From the NCBI GenBank assembly GCA_013288575.1, contig JABDBO010000002.1, positions 8,037-50,784 of the forward strand: a stretch of DNA of 42,748 bases, written 5' to 3'. The notes below the pieces were generated by a model that ran no database searches, was not told where the DNA came from, and worked only from the letters and a program-made list of their open reading frames with translations. Below, piece after piece: positions 25,177-35,340 of this stretch; position 1 is the stretch's first letter, and every line of letters begins with the position of its first letter. This DNA is from Alphaproteobacteria bacterium (GTDB taxonomy: Bacteria > Pseudomonadota > Alphaproteobacteria > Rickettsiales > 21-14-0-20-44-7). The translations under genes were made by a program, and so were the position numbers.

Positions 25177-25800
25177 GTGAATATGTTAAAAGTAGACTTT
25201 AAGTTAGTTAAATGTGCGTTATTAGCAGTTAGTATATCATTTTTAGCCAGCAATGCCAATGCCGATATGTTCGGCCACGGTGAAGCTAAATATGATGATA
25301 TCCATGACTTCAAAAAATGGAAAGAGGTCGTTAAAAAGGCCGAAATGGACGAAATCGTCAATGGCCCTATCACCCAAAAATGGCATGCGGATATTGCTAA
25401 AATCGGCGCTATGGGTTTAACCCGCGAGCAAAAAATCGCCGCAGTTAATGATTATATGAACAAATCAATCATCTATGCTGAAGATATCGACGTATGGGGC
25501 GTTACCGATTATTGGACCAGCCCAACCGAAGTCCTCGCTAAAGGCTATGGTGATTGCGAAGATTATGCAATTGCAAAATATTACAGCTTAAAACAATTGG
25601 GCTTTAATGATGAAGATATGCGCATCGTGGTTTTAAAAGATACGCGCAAAAACGAACTTCATGCCATTCTGGTAATCAATGAAAACGGCACAAACTATGT
25701 GCTCGATAACCAAAACCCGAATGTTATGGCAGATTCGCAAATCGCTTATTATCAGCCGATCTATTCGATCAATGAACATAACTGGTGGAAACACTCTTAA
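25177..25800 (+). CDS. Periplasmic transglutaminase-like cysteine peptidase (BTLCP, LapG family)
   Basis: Signal peptide ..SNANA. Cys-His-Asp triad context GYGDCEDYAIAKYY, ELHAILVI and YVLDNQ. Confidence 0.7.
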   Translation: MNMLKVDFKLVKCALLAVSISFLASNANADMFGHGEAKYDDIHDFKKWKEVVKKAEMDEIVNGPITQKWHADIAKIGAMGLTREQKIAAVNDYMNKSIIYAEDIDVWGVTDYWTSPTEVLAKGYGDCEDYAIAKYYSLKQLGFNDEDMRIVVLKDTRKNELHAILVINENGTNYVLDNQNPNVMADSQIAYYQPIYSINEHNWWKHS

Positions 25801-25862
25801 ATTTTTTAAGTATTTAATTCACAACAAATTTGCGGCGCAAACGGCGGGAATTGCCGCAACTG

Positions 25863-25917
25863 CCAAAATCCGATAATTCATAAATATCCCCTATATTTTT
25901 AAATTACGGATTTTGGC
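25863..25917. repeat. Inverted repeat CCAAAATCCG...CGGATTTTGG (10 bp perfect, extendable to about 15 bp with a bulge)
   Basis: The arms at 25863-25872 and 25908-25917 are separated by 35 nt. It lies between the LapG-like stop and the asmA start. Possible terminator or operator. Confidence 0.35.
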
Positions 25918-25987
25918 CCCGCCTTTTCGTATTGCCATTCCACTTATTTTTGCTACCCTTACTCTCCAAAATAAAAAGGTAGCGCCT

Positions 25988-27775
25988 ATGAAACTCTTAA
26001 AACGCCTCGGAATTGCTGTAATCGCAATTATTCTCCTCTTTGTAATCGCTGGTTTTGCCGCTAGCCGTATCGTCAACAAAGCTTTCGTTGAGCAGCAATT
26101 AACCCAAGCTACCGGGCGCAAACTAACAATAGATGGCGATCTTTCACCAATCATCTCTTTAAGCCCATCCATCCGCGCTGAAAAAGTCAGCTTCGGCAAT
26201 GCATCATGGGGTAGCCGCCCTGAACTTGCCAAAATCGGTAAATTCGATATCCAGATGAAACTTCTGCCGCTTTTGGGTGGTGAAGTAATTGTCAGCAAGC
26301 TTGATATTGATGGTGCTGATATTTTACTCGAGAAAAAAGGCGATACCTGGAATTTCAGCCTTGATGAGCAAGCACAAAAAGTTCAGCAAAAAAATAATGA
26401 AGTGAAAAACCAAGGCGATAAAAAACAAATGAGCTTTGATGTTTCATCACTTTCAATCACCAATTCAGTATTATCAGTTAAACAGGGCGGAGCGCCAACT
26501 GTGATCAGTATCAAATCTCTCAAATTTGCTCCACGCCAAGATAAAATGGGCCTGGATTTTGAAGGGGATGCTAACGGCACACCACTTAAACTCAGCATTG
26601 ACACTTCTCCGCTCTCACAACTTGCGAGTGCCAAAAAGATTGATCTCAATTCAATAAAATTTGAGAGCAATAATATTAAACTAACTGGCAATGCCAGTGT
26701 TGATCTCAATGGCAAAAAACCCTATGTGAAAGCTGATCTGGAATCTGACCAATTAGATTTAAGCTCAACTGCAAAAACTAAATCTGCAGCAGCGCCAGAG
26801 AGTGAATCAAAATCAGCATCATCATCATCTTCCTCAGAAAACAACAAATTGCCACTCGCTGGGCTAGATTCTGTAGATGCTGATTTCCACATCAATATCG
26901 CTACTTTAAAATCTGGCGACATTGTAGTTCAGCAAATTTCCGCGCCTGTGCAAATTAAAGATGGTGTGCTAACTGCAAATCCGCTCAAAGCCAATTTTGC
27001 TGGCGGCACAATAACTTCATCACTTCGCGCCGCGCAAACTGGTGCTGCGATAAACCTTGCTGGCCGTGGATTATCGATGGAAAAAATCCTTTCTGAAACT
27101 GCCGGAATTACTGATTTTAAAAATGGCGAAACCACAGTTGATGTCAATTTAAGCGGGACGGGTGATTCTGTTGCCGCGCTTAAAAATTCGCTGCAAGGCA
27201 CTAGCAAAATCAATATGCAAAAAGGTGAATATCTTGGCCGCATCCCAACTGGTTCAGTTGCTGAACTATCATCACTTTTAACTGGTGGTGGCTCATCAAA
27301 AAACACGCCTGTTAATTGCATGGTTGCTAATATCAACTGGTCAAACGGCATTGGCACATTCCAGGCATTTAGCGTTGATAGCCAATATGCAGCTCTCACC
27401 GGCACCGGCACAATCAGGCTTTCAGACTCATCGCTTGATCTTGTCATTACCCCGCAAGCAAAATCCACCGGTTTGATGAACTTGGCCGTTCCAGTTGCTG
27501 TGCATGGCCCATTCAATGACCTCTCATATTATCCTGAACCAAAAGCGGCAGTTGAGAATTTGAGCAAAACCCTGCTCATGGGCCTTGGCGTTTCTAAAAA
27601 CAAAGGCTCATCAGAAACTGCTGGCTGCGGCGCTAATGATGTTGGCAATAATATAGTTGCGCCGGGAACTGCACCTGCTAATAATCAGGCGGCAATACAA
27701 AGCCAGCCACAAACGCCAGCGCAAAAAATTGATCATAAGATCAACAAAAAGCTTGGCAAAATATTTGGGAATTAA
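25988..27775 (+). CDS. asmA: AsmA family outer-membrane assembly / lipid-transport protein
   Basis: N-terminal anchor KLLKRLGIAVIAIILLFVIAGFAA, followed by the beta-rich repetitive AsmA pattern. ATG at 25988 is preferred over the TTG at 25913. Confidence 0.7.
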   Translation: MKLLKRLGIAVIAIILLFVIAGFAASRIVNKAFVEQQLTQATGRKLTIDGDLSPIISLSPSIRAEKVSFGNASWGSRPELAKIGKFDIQMKLLPLLGGEVIVSKLDIDGADILLEKKGDTWNFSLDEQAQKVQQKNNEVKNQGDKKQMSFDVSSLSITNSVLSVKQGGAPTVISIKSLKFAPRQDKMGLDFEGDANGTPLKLSIDTSPLSQLASAKKIDLNSIKFESNNIKLTGNASVDLNGKKPYVKADLESDQLDLSSTAKTKSAAAPESESKSASSSSSSENNKLPLAGLDSVDADFHINIATLKSGDIVVQQISAPVQIKDGVLTANPLKANFAGGTITSSLRAAQTGAAINLAGRGLSMEKILSETAGITDFKNGETTVDVNLSGTGDSVAALKNSLQGTSKINMQKGEYLGRIPTGSVAELSSLLTGGGSSKNTPVNCMVANINWSNGIGTFQAFSVDSQYAALTGTGTIRLSDSSLDLVITPQAKSTGLMNLAVPVAVHGPFNDLSYYPEPKAAVENLSKTLLMGLGVSKNKGSSETAGCGANDVGNNIVAPGTAPANNQAAIQSQPQTPAQKIDHKINKKLGKIFGN

Positions 27776-28603
27776 ATGAACAATCAGCCAATCATTATCG
27801 TTGCGCCAAATGGTGCGCGCAAAACCAAAGAAAATCTGCCGCAAATTCCGCTATGGCCGGATGAACTCGCTATTGAAGCCAAAAACTGTGTGGAGCAGGG
27901 CGCTAGCATGTTCCACCTCCACATCCGTGATGCTAATCAAGGCCACACGCTCGATGTTGATACTTACCGCCGTACGATTGACGCAATTCGCAAAACCTGC
28001 GGTGATAAAATAATCATCCAGGCTACATCAGAATCTTGTGGAATTTATGAGCCGCAGCAACAGATGGAAATGGTCAAAAAGCTAAAGCCAGAAGCTGTTT
28101 CAATGGCGCTTCGTGAATTTATTCCACGCCCTGATTATGAAGTTGAAGCAGAAGAATTCTTCGCCTGGGTAAAAGAAAACAAAATCTTCGCGCAATATAT
28201 TTTATACAGCACGGATGAACTCAAATATTTTGCTGATCTTAAAGAACAGCGCATAATTCCTGAAGGTGATAATTTTGTGTTGTTTGTGCTTGGTAAAAAA
28301 ATGGCAGTATCAACAGTTGGCAATTATGCTGAGCCAAAAGATCTTGATCCATGGCTTGAAACTTTGAAGGAATTAAAAATTGATCTCAACTGGGCCATTT
28401 GCGCATTCGGCGGCAATGAAAATGCCTGCGTCAGCTATGCAGTTAAAAACGGCGGTAACGCGCGGATTGGCTTTGAGAACAACCATTTGTTCGTCGATCA
28501 ATCCACTGCGCCATCAAACGCAGCTCTCGTTAAACAATTTGTTGAAACCAGCAGCACTAAGCCTCTAACGGCAGCCGAAGTCCGCAAAAAATTCGGTTTG
28601 TAA
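27776..28603 (+). CDS. 3-keto-5-aminohexanoate cleavage enzyme family (BKACE, formerly DUF849)
   Basis: MFHLHIRD His-x-His Zn motif near the N terminus; 275 aa TIM-barrel-size protein. Its ATG directly follows the asmA stop. Confidence 0.7.
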   Translation: MNNQPIIIVAPNGARKTKENLPQIPLWPDELAIEAKNCVEQGASMFHLHIRDANQGHTLDVDTYRRTIDAIRKTCGDKIIIQATSESCGIYEPQQQMEMVKKLKPEAVSMALREFIPRPDYEVEAEEFFAWVKENKIFAQYILYSTDELKYFADLKEQRIIPEGDNFVLFVLGKKMAVSTVGNYAEPKDLDPWLETLKELKIDLNWAICAFGGNENACVSYAVKNGGNARIGFENNHLFVDQSTAPSNAALVKQFVETSSTKPLTAAEVRKKFGL

Positions 28604-28672
28604 TATTTCTTCTGTGGAATGCGAGCCAGTAGGCGAGCCAGGCCATGAGCCGCGAAGGGGAACAATTATAAA

Positions 28673-29809
28673 TTAATAAATATCCACCATGTCCATCTTT
28701 TGGCTCTGCTTGGCAATCGCAATCATATAGCTGATATATTCCACGCTCTTCTTGCTTGCGAAGTTTTCCAGCTTTTCTGCCAGCCATGCGCAAAAATCTT
28801 TTGCTTCAACATCTGGCTCTTGCTTTTTCTTTTCATCAATCAAATGCAGCACCAGCTCAACCACTTCAAATAATTTCGCCGGAATTCCAGCTTTTCTGAG
28901 CAATGCATGTAACCCATCCTGGCCGCCTTTTTCAATCAGCATTATGGCGTTTGCCTTAGGAATTCCTGCACGTCTGGCAATTGCGCTAATAAAAAATCTT
29001 TTACGGCCCATACATGCTGCGCTTAAAACCAGCGATGGAGTTAAACGCCCATAATTGAACAAATGGCTTACCAGATAATCAATTTCCTCATTGCGAGATT
29101 TGTGGTCAATCACTGAAAGCGTCGAAATTTCCAAGCTGTGGCTGACATATTTATTAAGCTTAGCTGGCGTAATGTTATATTTCGCCCTGATCTGCTGTAA
29201 AATATTGCCAGAAACTTCCACGAGCAATTTTTCACTAAGCGTTGTTGGCAAGCTGGCGCGCTCAATTATCCGCTTCATGACAATTTCATTATCAGCGCAA
29301 CTCTCAATAAAGAGTTCAAACTCATCTTTGTTATTTATAAATTCTCGGTTTTCTAGAAGGCTCTCGGTTACTTCTTCAATATCTTTTTCCACCAAGCCTT
29401 TTGCAACAATATGCGAGAGTTTTTCCCGCCTTGTTATAGCAATTAATTTTTGCACATCGGCGCTGTAAATTACATCAAGCAAATCGCTATCGGTTAGCAC
29501 GCCTGAAAATTGCAGCATCGGAATTGCCACTTCTTCCACATCTTTGGCTAATGTCAGTGCAATATCATGGGGCAGGTCATCAGATAATTTTAATGCTTCT
29601 GAAAGTGTGGCGCGAATATTTGTTTCAGCCTTTTCGGAGAGTATGCGCAAGATTTCTATGGCAATTTCCAGCTCATCTTGTGCGTATAATTTATAATTAA
29701 ATCCGTGGCAAATCTTCTTGGTCACGGCCATCTTATGAAGATTATCATGGCTGTTGAGCAACTCGAACACATCATTTCTGGTTAGCGAGACTCCCATAGA
29801 GCTCATCAT
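28673..29809 (-). CDS. DUF2336 domain protein (paralog 2)
   Basis: All-helical repeat protein. The pattern R..LSEAL....LPHD.AL.LA.D...VA.P.L..S..L.D.DL is shared with the upstream ORF and is typical of alphaproteobacterial DUF2336. Confidence 0.6.
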   Translation of the reverse strand: MMSSMGVSLTRNDVFELLNSHDNLHKMAVTKKICHGFNYKLYAQDELEIAIEILRILSEKAETNIRATLSEALKLSDDLPHDIALTLAKDVEEVAIPMLQFSGVLTDSDLLDVIYSADVQKLIAITRREKLSHIVAKGLVEKDIEEVTESLLENREFINNKDEFELFIESCADNEIVMKRIIERASLPTTLSEKLLVEVSGNILQQIRAKYNITPAKLNKYVSHSLEISTLSVIDHKSRNEEIDYLVSHLFNYGRLTPSLVLSAACMGRKRFFISAIARRAGIPKANAIMLIEKGGQDGLHALLRKAGIPAKLFEVVELVLHLIDEKKKQEPDVEAKDFCAWLAEKLENFASKKSVEYISYMIAIAKQSQKMDMVDIY

Positions 29810-29869
29810 ATCACAAAAATCTTAATCTTTCATTAAGTATTTTGCTGACAGAAGCGTGCCAATCAAGTT

Positions 29870-31015
29870 TTAGAGAAGGTTGGATTTTTTCAAATTGTAA
29901 GCAACAATCGTTACAAGGTAATCAAGGTTTGGCACAGTGTTGCTATTAGCGGTGCGAGAGAGGTTGTTTAATATCGTATGCTGTATTTTGCCAACGCTTT
30001 TAGGTTGCATATCAACCATAGATTTTTCTTCTTTTACGATATTCATGAAAGTATAGATCGCATTAGACATTGATTCCGGCAAACCACATTTTTGATAAAG
30101 CGCATGAAACCCAGCATCGCCGGCTTTTTCCCACAATAATTTGTGAACATTTTCATAAGGAATGTTTGCTAGTTTGGCCAATGCCGCTTCAAAGAAGGCC
30201 AAATCACCAAGGCTTAAAGCTTTAACCAATATCGAGAACGAAAGCTCGCCATCATTGTGTAATTTATCAATTATATGGCGAAGTGGCAGCGAACTTGAGT
30301 GTTTTTCAGCATGGCCGATAATGAGGTTCAAAATCATCCATTCTTTTGAATCATGCACAAGGTTATTAATAACTGTGCTTGGGATGTTATATTCGACAAT
30401 TAGCATTTTCTGTAAATCTTCAGAAACACCGGATAACAAGTTATGAGCCTGTTCTAGAGAGATTTTCTTATTAGCAATCATTGAACGCATAATCATGTTA
30501 TTTTTCGAATGATTGCGAATAAGAATTTCACAGTTGTTTTCTGAAAGCGGGGCTTTTTTATTGTTCACCAAAACTTCTACTGCTTCTGGTGATGCTTCAT
30601 AAATAAGATAAGCGCATAGGTTATCAGTAAGGTTTTCACGGCTTGCCACAGCTTTTTGGCGGGTTACTGAACCTTTTTTGATAATGTTTATGATATCAGC
30701 TTCTCTTAATAAACTGCTGTTTTGAATGATAGGAATGGCGACGATATCTTCCATATCATTGGCTAGTTTTACGGCGACTTCGTGCGGAATTGCGACATTA
30801 TCGCAGAATTTTACAGCAATGCTTTGGCGAATGCGTACTGAGATATCTCCGGCTAAGCAGCGAATAATTTCTTCAGCTATGGTTTTTTCATTAGGAGAGA
30901 GTTTTTCAAGGCCAAAATTGTGATGTAGCTTGCGAATCAGCTCTAGTTTTGTGTCTTCACTAGGATTCTCTTTTAGATTGGCTACATCATCAATTGTAAA
31001 GCATTCAAACTGCAT
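29870..31015 (-). CDS. DUF2336 domain protein (paralog 1)
   Basis: Same architecture and length (381 vs 378 aa) as 28673..29809. VAIPIIQNSSLLREADIINII can be compared with VAIPMLQFSGVLTDSDLLDVI. Confidence 0.6.
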   Translation of the reverse strand: MQFECFTIDDVANLKENPSEDTKLELIRKLHHNFGLEKLSPNEKTIAEEIIRCLAGDISVRIRQSIAVKFCDNVAIPHEVAVKLANDMEDIVAIPIIQNSSLLREADIINIIKKGSVTRQKAVASRENLTDNLCAYLIYEASPEAVEVLVNNKKAPLSENNCEILIRNHSKNNMIMRSMIANKKISLEQAHNLLSGVSEDLQKMLIVEYNIPSTVINNLVHDSKEWMILNLIIGHAEKHSSSLPLRHIIDKLHNDGELSFSILVKALSLGDLAFFEAALAKLANIPYENVHKLLWEKAGDAGFHALYQKCGLPESMSNAIYTFMNIVKEEKSMVDMQPKSVGKIQHTILNNLSRTANSNTVPNLDYLVTIVAYNLKKSNLL

Positions 31016-31138
31016 AAAGCCTCATAATTTCCCCGTATATTATTAGAATATGCCTAAAGTATTAAATCAAAGTTAATAAACTTTTATGCAAATTGTTTTC
31101 TTTAACCAAGGGAAATTATTGCCTAACAGGCTCTTAAA

Positions 31139-32395
31139 TCACTTTTTTTTGCCGCGCAAATAATATAATGAAATCAATGAGATAATCGTGCTGAAAACTA
31201 TGTAACTTGCCAGCATCATATTATCCCCGGTTTTTTGCAATATTTTGGTAGCGACAATTGGCGCCGTGCCACCGAATAATGCCGCACATAAATTGCAGGC
31301 AACTGCCATTCCCGTATAACGCACTTTAGTGGGGAAAATATCAACCAGTACAGTTGGGATTGGCGCAATGTAAAATGATAATACACCTGCAAAAAACACC
31401 TGGCCGAGCAATGAAAGCATGAAAACTTTTTGCGTAATCAGCCAAAATGCCGGGAATGCTGAAACACCAAGCATTAAAAGTGAAATCAGTAGAACTGATT
31501 TTACGCCATATCTATCAGCAAGCTTGGCTGAGATTGGTAGAAAAATCAGCAATGTCACCATACTTACGCTGTTGATTGTCATCGCTTCGCTTAAACTAAA
31601 GCCCAAAAATTTCGTCATGAAACTAATCATGAAAACCGAGAGCATATAAAACGGAATCGTCACCGCCATATAAAGCCCGCTTGCCAAGATAATTCCGCCC
31701 TTATGTTTGCTGAACAATTCACGAATCGGCTTATTCGCCAGCTGTTTGAACTGTTTCGCATTCTCATATTCCGGGCTTTCATCAAGCGCTGAGCGGATAT
31801 ACAAACCAATAATTCCAATAAAAAACCCGAGAATAAATGGCACGCGCCAGCCCCAGCTTTCCAAACTTTCTTTATCTAAAATATTGGCGAATAGTGTGGC
31901 AATTGCTGAGCCCAGCAACATTCCCATCACTAGGCTTATCACCGATAAACTTCCCACAAAAACTCGGTTTTTAGCAGGCGCATGTTCAACTACATAAGTA
32001 ATAGAGCCACTAAATTCCCCGCCAAGCGCCAAACCTTGCATCAGGCGGATAAGCGTCAAGAGAATCGGCGCAGCAATGCCAATTTGCGAATAGGTTGGCA
32101 GCAAACCGATGAAAGAAGTCGGAATTGCCATCATCAAAATTGAAAATGCCAGCGAGGTCTTGCGGCCATATTTATCACCAACATAACCAAACAAAATTGC
32201 GCCGAGTGGCCTCATCACAAAACCAATTGCGAAAACGCCAAAAGTTATGAGCAGCGAAACAAACTTACTATCAGACGGGAAAAATAATTGGCTAATGAGC
32301 GATGCAAAATTTCCATAGAGTGCATAATCATACCATTCCAGGCCATTGCCGATCATTCCGGCGATTGCGACTTTTTTCAGTGAATGTTTTGCCAT
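31139..32395 (-). CDS. MFS transporter, metabolite:H+ symporter (ProP/KgtP-like) family
   Basis: GNGLEWYDYALYG N-terminal signature, GDKYGRK loop, about 12 TM, 418 aa. Confidence 0.75.
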   Translation of the reverse strand: MAKHSLKKVAIAGMIGNGLEWYDYALYGNFASLISQLFFPSDSKFVSLLITFGVFAIGFVMRPLGAILFGYVGDKYGRKTSLAFSILMMAIPTSFIGLLPTYSQIGIAAPILLTLIRLMQGLALGGEFSGSITYVVEHAPAKNRVFVGSLSVISLVMGMLLGSAIATLFANILDKESLESWGWRVPFILGFFIGIIGLYIRSALDESPEYENAKQFKQLANKPIRELFSKHKGGIILASGLYMAVTIPFYMLSVFMISFMTKFLGFSLSEAMTINSVSMVTLLIFLPISAKLADRYGVKSVLLISLLMLGVSAFPAFWLITQKVFMLSLLGQVFFAGVLSFYIAPIPTVLVDIFPTKVRYTGMAVACNLCAALFGGTAPIVATKILQKTGDNMMLASYIVFSTIISLISLYYLRGKKK

Positions 32396-32552
32396 AACCT
32401 AAAACCCTCTGTTATTTAACTAGAAGATACATCAAAGAGCCGAAGCGGCAATAATATTCAGCAAATCGCATAAATGCGCCTGTTTTCTAGGCTTTACAAA
32501 CCATTTTCGCTCCGTTATGTAATTCCTTCAAAATTTTTTTTAAGGTATAAAA

Positions 32553-33083
32553 ATGGATATCAGCAAAATTCCTACTGGCAAAAATGCGCCGCACGAAATA
32601 AACGTAATCATCGAAATCCCAATCGGTGGTGAGCCGATAAAATATGAGCTTGATAAAGCATCTGGCGCAATGTTCGTTGACCGCTTCTTGCACACATCGA
32701 TGCATTACCCTGCCAATTACGGTTTTATTCCGCATACGCTATCTGATGATGGCGACCCGGCAGATGTGTTAGTTGTTGGCCGCCGCCCTATTATTCCGGG
32801 TGCTGTAATTGCTTGCCGCCCAATCGGCGCAATCATGATGGAAGACGAATCGGGCCATGATGAAAAAATCATCGCTGTGCCGATTGATAAACTGCACCCG
32901 TTTTACAGCAACGTAAAATCCTACAAAGATTTGCCAGAAATCATGTGCCAGCAAATGGCGCATTTCTTCGAGCATTATAAAGATCTCGAAGTTGGCAAAT
33001 GGGTCAAAGTTTCCAAATGGGTTGGCCCGGAAGAAGCCAAAGAGCTCATTTCCAAAAGCATCGTTGCGGGTAAGAAGAAGTAG
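32553..33083 (+). CDS. ppa: Inorganic pyrophosphatase (family I)
   Basis: IEIP.G...KYE.D and DGDPADVLV motifs. 176 aa. Confidence 0.9.
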   Translation: MDISKIPTGKNAPHEINVIIEIPIGGEPIKYELDKASGAMFVDRFLHTSMHYPANYGFIPHTLSDDGDPADVLVVGRRPIIPGAVIACRPIGAIMMEDESGHDEKIIAVPIDKLHPFYSNVKSYKDLPEIMCQQMAHFFEHYKDLEVGKWVKVSKWVGPEEAKELISKSIVAGKKK

Positions 33084-33134
33084 ATTAGCGTAAGCGTTAC
33101 TCTTATTAACTTTTAGATTTTCGTCTAAATCAAG

Positions 33135-35333
33135 TTAAGCTTTAGCAACAGCACAACCGCAGCCACCAACTTTTCTCCCCCTAGCAATTTTTGCGAGATC
33201 AAAGCCGCTGTCCATATGCGGGCTAAATACATCTTCAGAAGTCAATATATTGGCTGAATTTACTTCAGCAATAGCTGCTCTCTGTTCGGGATCTTGGCCT
33301 CTAGCTGCTTCAAGAAATCTATTGGCATGATCCGCTGCTACAGTAGAAGCAGCCATAACGTTAACAACCAGGTCTTTCTTTTCAACGGTATCTTGTGAAC
33401 CAAGGCACACATTGCCGCCAAGAAGAACGAGGCAGCCATATTCTGTATTGTAATGAGAGTGGAAGTTTTGGCCAGGGAAACCTTCGGCATTATTTACAAC
33501 ACCAAAAGCCTGACCTAATTCAGATGATGCAAATCTTCTAACATCAAAACCAGTCGCGGCAATAACAAGTGGTTTTTTTCCTGTTGCAGATAGATTAGCA
33601 GATCTTTCCGGACCGGTTTTATATTCTACAATGTCTGGATTTATTTTTGCTGCCGTTGGATTAGTAATAACTCGCGTGCCAAGTGTGATATCGGTAAGAT
33701 TTCCTTGTCCGTCACGTTCTAAGCCAGCAATGAAGGTTAAATATTCATCAGTGATAGGTTTACCATCTTCCTGTAATTTACGCATCATATGCACAGTGGG
33801 TTTTTGCTCATTGGGATACCACAAATTGTTATCTCCCCATGGGCGTGCATTATCAGAATCTAATTTACGAGCCATCCAGTGAATTATCGTATCAAATTTC
33901 TGCGGATCACCTAATGATAAAAATTGCATGAGGCGGCGAACCACGTCATGGCCAGTATCACCAACGCCGGTAACAAAAATTTCCATATCTGCAAGTTCGT
34001 CCAAAGTATAAGATTCATCAGCGACTCTTAATACAAATGGATTTTGAGCAAAATATTGTTGCATATGCGAGCGTCTAAACTCTGTTTCATTAAATTCGGC
34101 GCCTTTGGCACGTTCCTCTAACAAAGCAGCTTTTTGTATCTCACCATATGTCTGCATGTAGGTTTCAGTTTGCAGCAAGAAATATTCCGCGGTTATAACG
34201 CCTCGGCCTTCTTCGCCCGCAACTCCATCAAGTTTCCTCGAATGGTGTCTGTCATAAATACCAGGGTTAAGAATAACAGCATCATATCTTCTTAAAATTT
34301 CATCCGCAGAGATCAATGTTATTCCTGCAGCTGCTTGCTCTGGAGTTAAGCTAGTGCCAACCTTTGTTCTATAATGAGTGTTTACACCAACATTTTTCAT
34401 ATATTCGCCATAAATTCGAAAATCTGCTATAGGGTGTTTATCGCCTGTAATTGCAGTATTAGCTGCTCCGCCAAACCCATCTTGCATATCAAAAAGATGA
34501 GCATGATATCCCATTTCCGCAACTTTAATTACTGCTTGGCCGCCACCAGGGCCTCCGCCTATAACTGCTACGGATTCAGGTTTTGAAGGCTCGATTTTTT
34601 TGAATGATTCACGCTCAAGACCAACCATCCTGGCTAACATTTTTAATAAAGCTTCAAAGGTAGATTCAAATACGCCCTGGCGGTCGGCAGCGGCAATTAA
34701 CGAACGTAAAGCTGCTGGAACTGACATATCCGGCTTATGGAAAGTGCAACCAATTACGCATGCAGCAGTTTCTGCGCACATATTAGCAGTAATGAGAAAA
34801 CGAGAGTTTTTAGTAAAAACATTATAGGCATATTCAACTGAATCTGGCTTATTAGCAGTAGAGCGTAACTGGAGCTCAAGGCTATATCGTTTTTCTCCGC
34901 CAACTTCAGTTTGTTTTAGCGTAATTGCCCGATCAATAATATGCATGGCTTCAGGATCACGAGAAAGTTCGCAGCCCATATCAGCCTGTTGTGTGCAAGT
35001 TCTAGCTCCGCAAGCGCAAGTAGCTGCATAAACTGCTAACCTTACCATATCTACAGATTGCTCTGCTAGTGGTTTGGTAGGGTCAAAGTTAGGATGCATT
35101 TGTACAGAAGGATCAAACAACTCCTCTAAAGGTGCTTCAGTGCTCGGTTGATCATATCCGAAGTGAACAGAAGCATCTTTTTTACCCACATATCTCGTCT
35201 TACCTGGGTTTGCTTCATCAGGAATAATCCCGGCTTTGATACAAGACAGATCATTATACTGCTTTTCAGTTAATGGAAAAGTTACAGATTCACCGAAAGT
35301 GGTAACTTCTGATTGAGTTGTGTTCTCTGACAT
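33135..35333 (-). CDS. Glutamate synthase small-subunit-like FAD/NAD(P)-dependent oxidoreductase with a ~260-aa N-terminal extension
   Basis: Dinucleotide-binding VAVIGGGPGGGQAVIKVAEMGYHAHLFD..GFGG at about aa 265. Cys clusters in the extension (TCACGARTCTQQADMGC; CAETAACVIGC). C-terminal GGCGCAV. 732 aa, compared with about 470-490 aa for GltD. Confidence 0.55.
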   Translation of the reverse strand: MSENTTQSEVTTFGESVTFPLTEKQYNDLSCIKAGIIPDEANPGKTRYVGKKDASVHFGYDQPSTEAPLEELFDPSVQMHPNFDPTKPLAEQSVDMVRLAVYAATCACGARTCTQQADMGCELSRDPEAMHIIDRAITLKQTEVGGEKRYSLELQLRSTANKPDSVEYAYNVFTKNSRFLITANMCAETAACVIGCTFHKPDMSVPAALRSLIAAADRQGVFESTFEALLKMLARMVGLERESFKKIEPSKPESVAVIGGGPGGGQAVIKVAEMGYHAHLFDMQDGFGGAANTAITGDKHPIADFRIYGEYMKNVGVNTHYRTKVGTSLTPEQAAAGITLISADEILRRYDAVILNPGIYDRHHSRKLDGVAGEEGRGVITAEYFLLQTETYMQTYGEIQKAALLEERAKGAEFNETEFRRSHMQQYFAQNPFVLRVADESYTLDELADMEIFVTGVGDTGHDVVRRLMQFLSLGDPQKFDTIIHWMARKLDSDNARPWGDNNLWYPNEQKPTVHMMRKLQEDGKPITDEYLTFIAGLERDGQGNLTDITLGTRVITNPTAAKINPDIVEYKTGPERSANLSATGKKPLVIAATGFDVRRFASSELGQAFGVVNNAEGFPGQNFHSHYNTEYGCLVLLGGNVCLGSQDTVEKKDLVVNVMAASTVAADHANRFLEAARGQDPEQRAAIAEVNSANILTSEDVFSPHMDSGFDLAKIARGRKVGGCGCAVAKA

Positions 35334-35340
35334 AAAAATC

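Noticed and set aside
25913-25987. TTG-initiated N-terminal extension of the AsmA ORF (MAPPFRIAIPL...)
   Set aside because: The ATG at 25988 gives the canonical AsmA N-terminal anchor (MKLLKRLGIAVIAIILL). The extension overlaps the 25863-25917 inverted repeat.
26383-27516. Minus-strand ORFs 26383..26715, 26722..26922 and 26929..27516 (up to 195 aa)
   Set aside because: They lie fully inside the AsmA-family CDS on the opposite strand. They show no motifs, and the plus-strand frame has a coherent family signature.
28557-28793. 78-aa minus-strand ORF spanning the BKACE / DUF2336 convergent spacer
   Set aside because: It runs through the GC-rich island and overlaps both real gene ends. It has no start context or motif.
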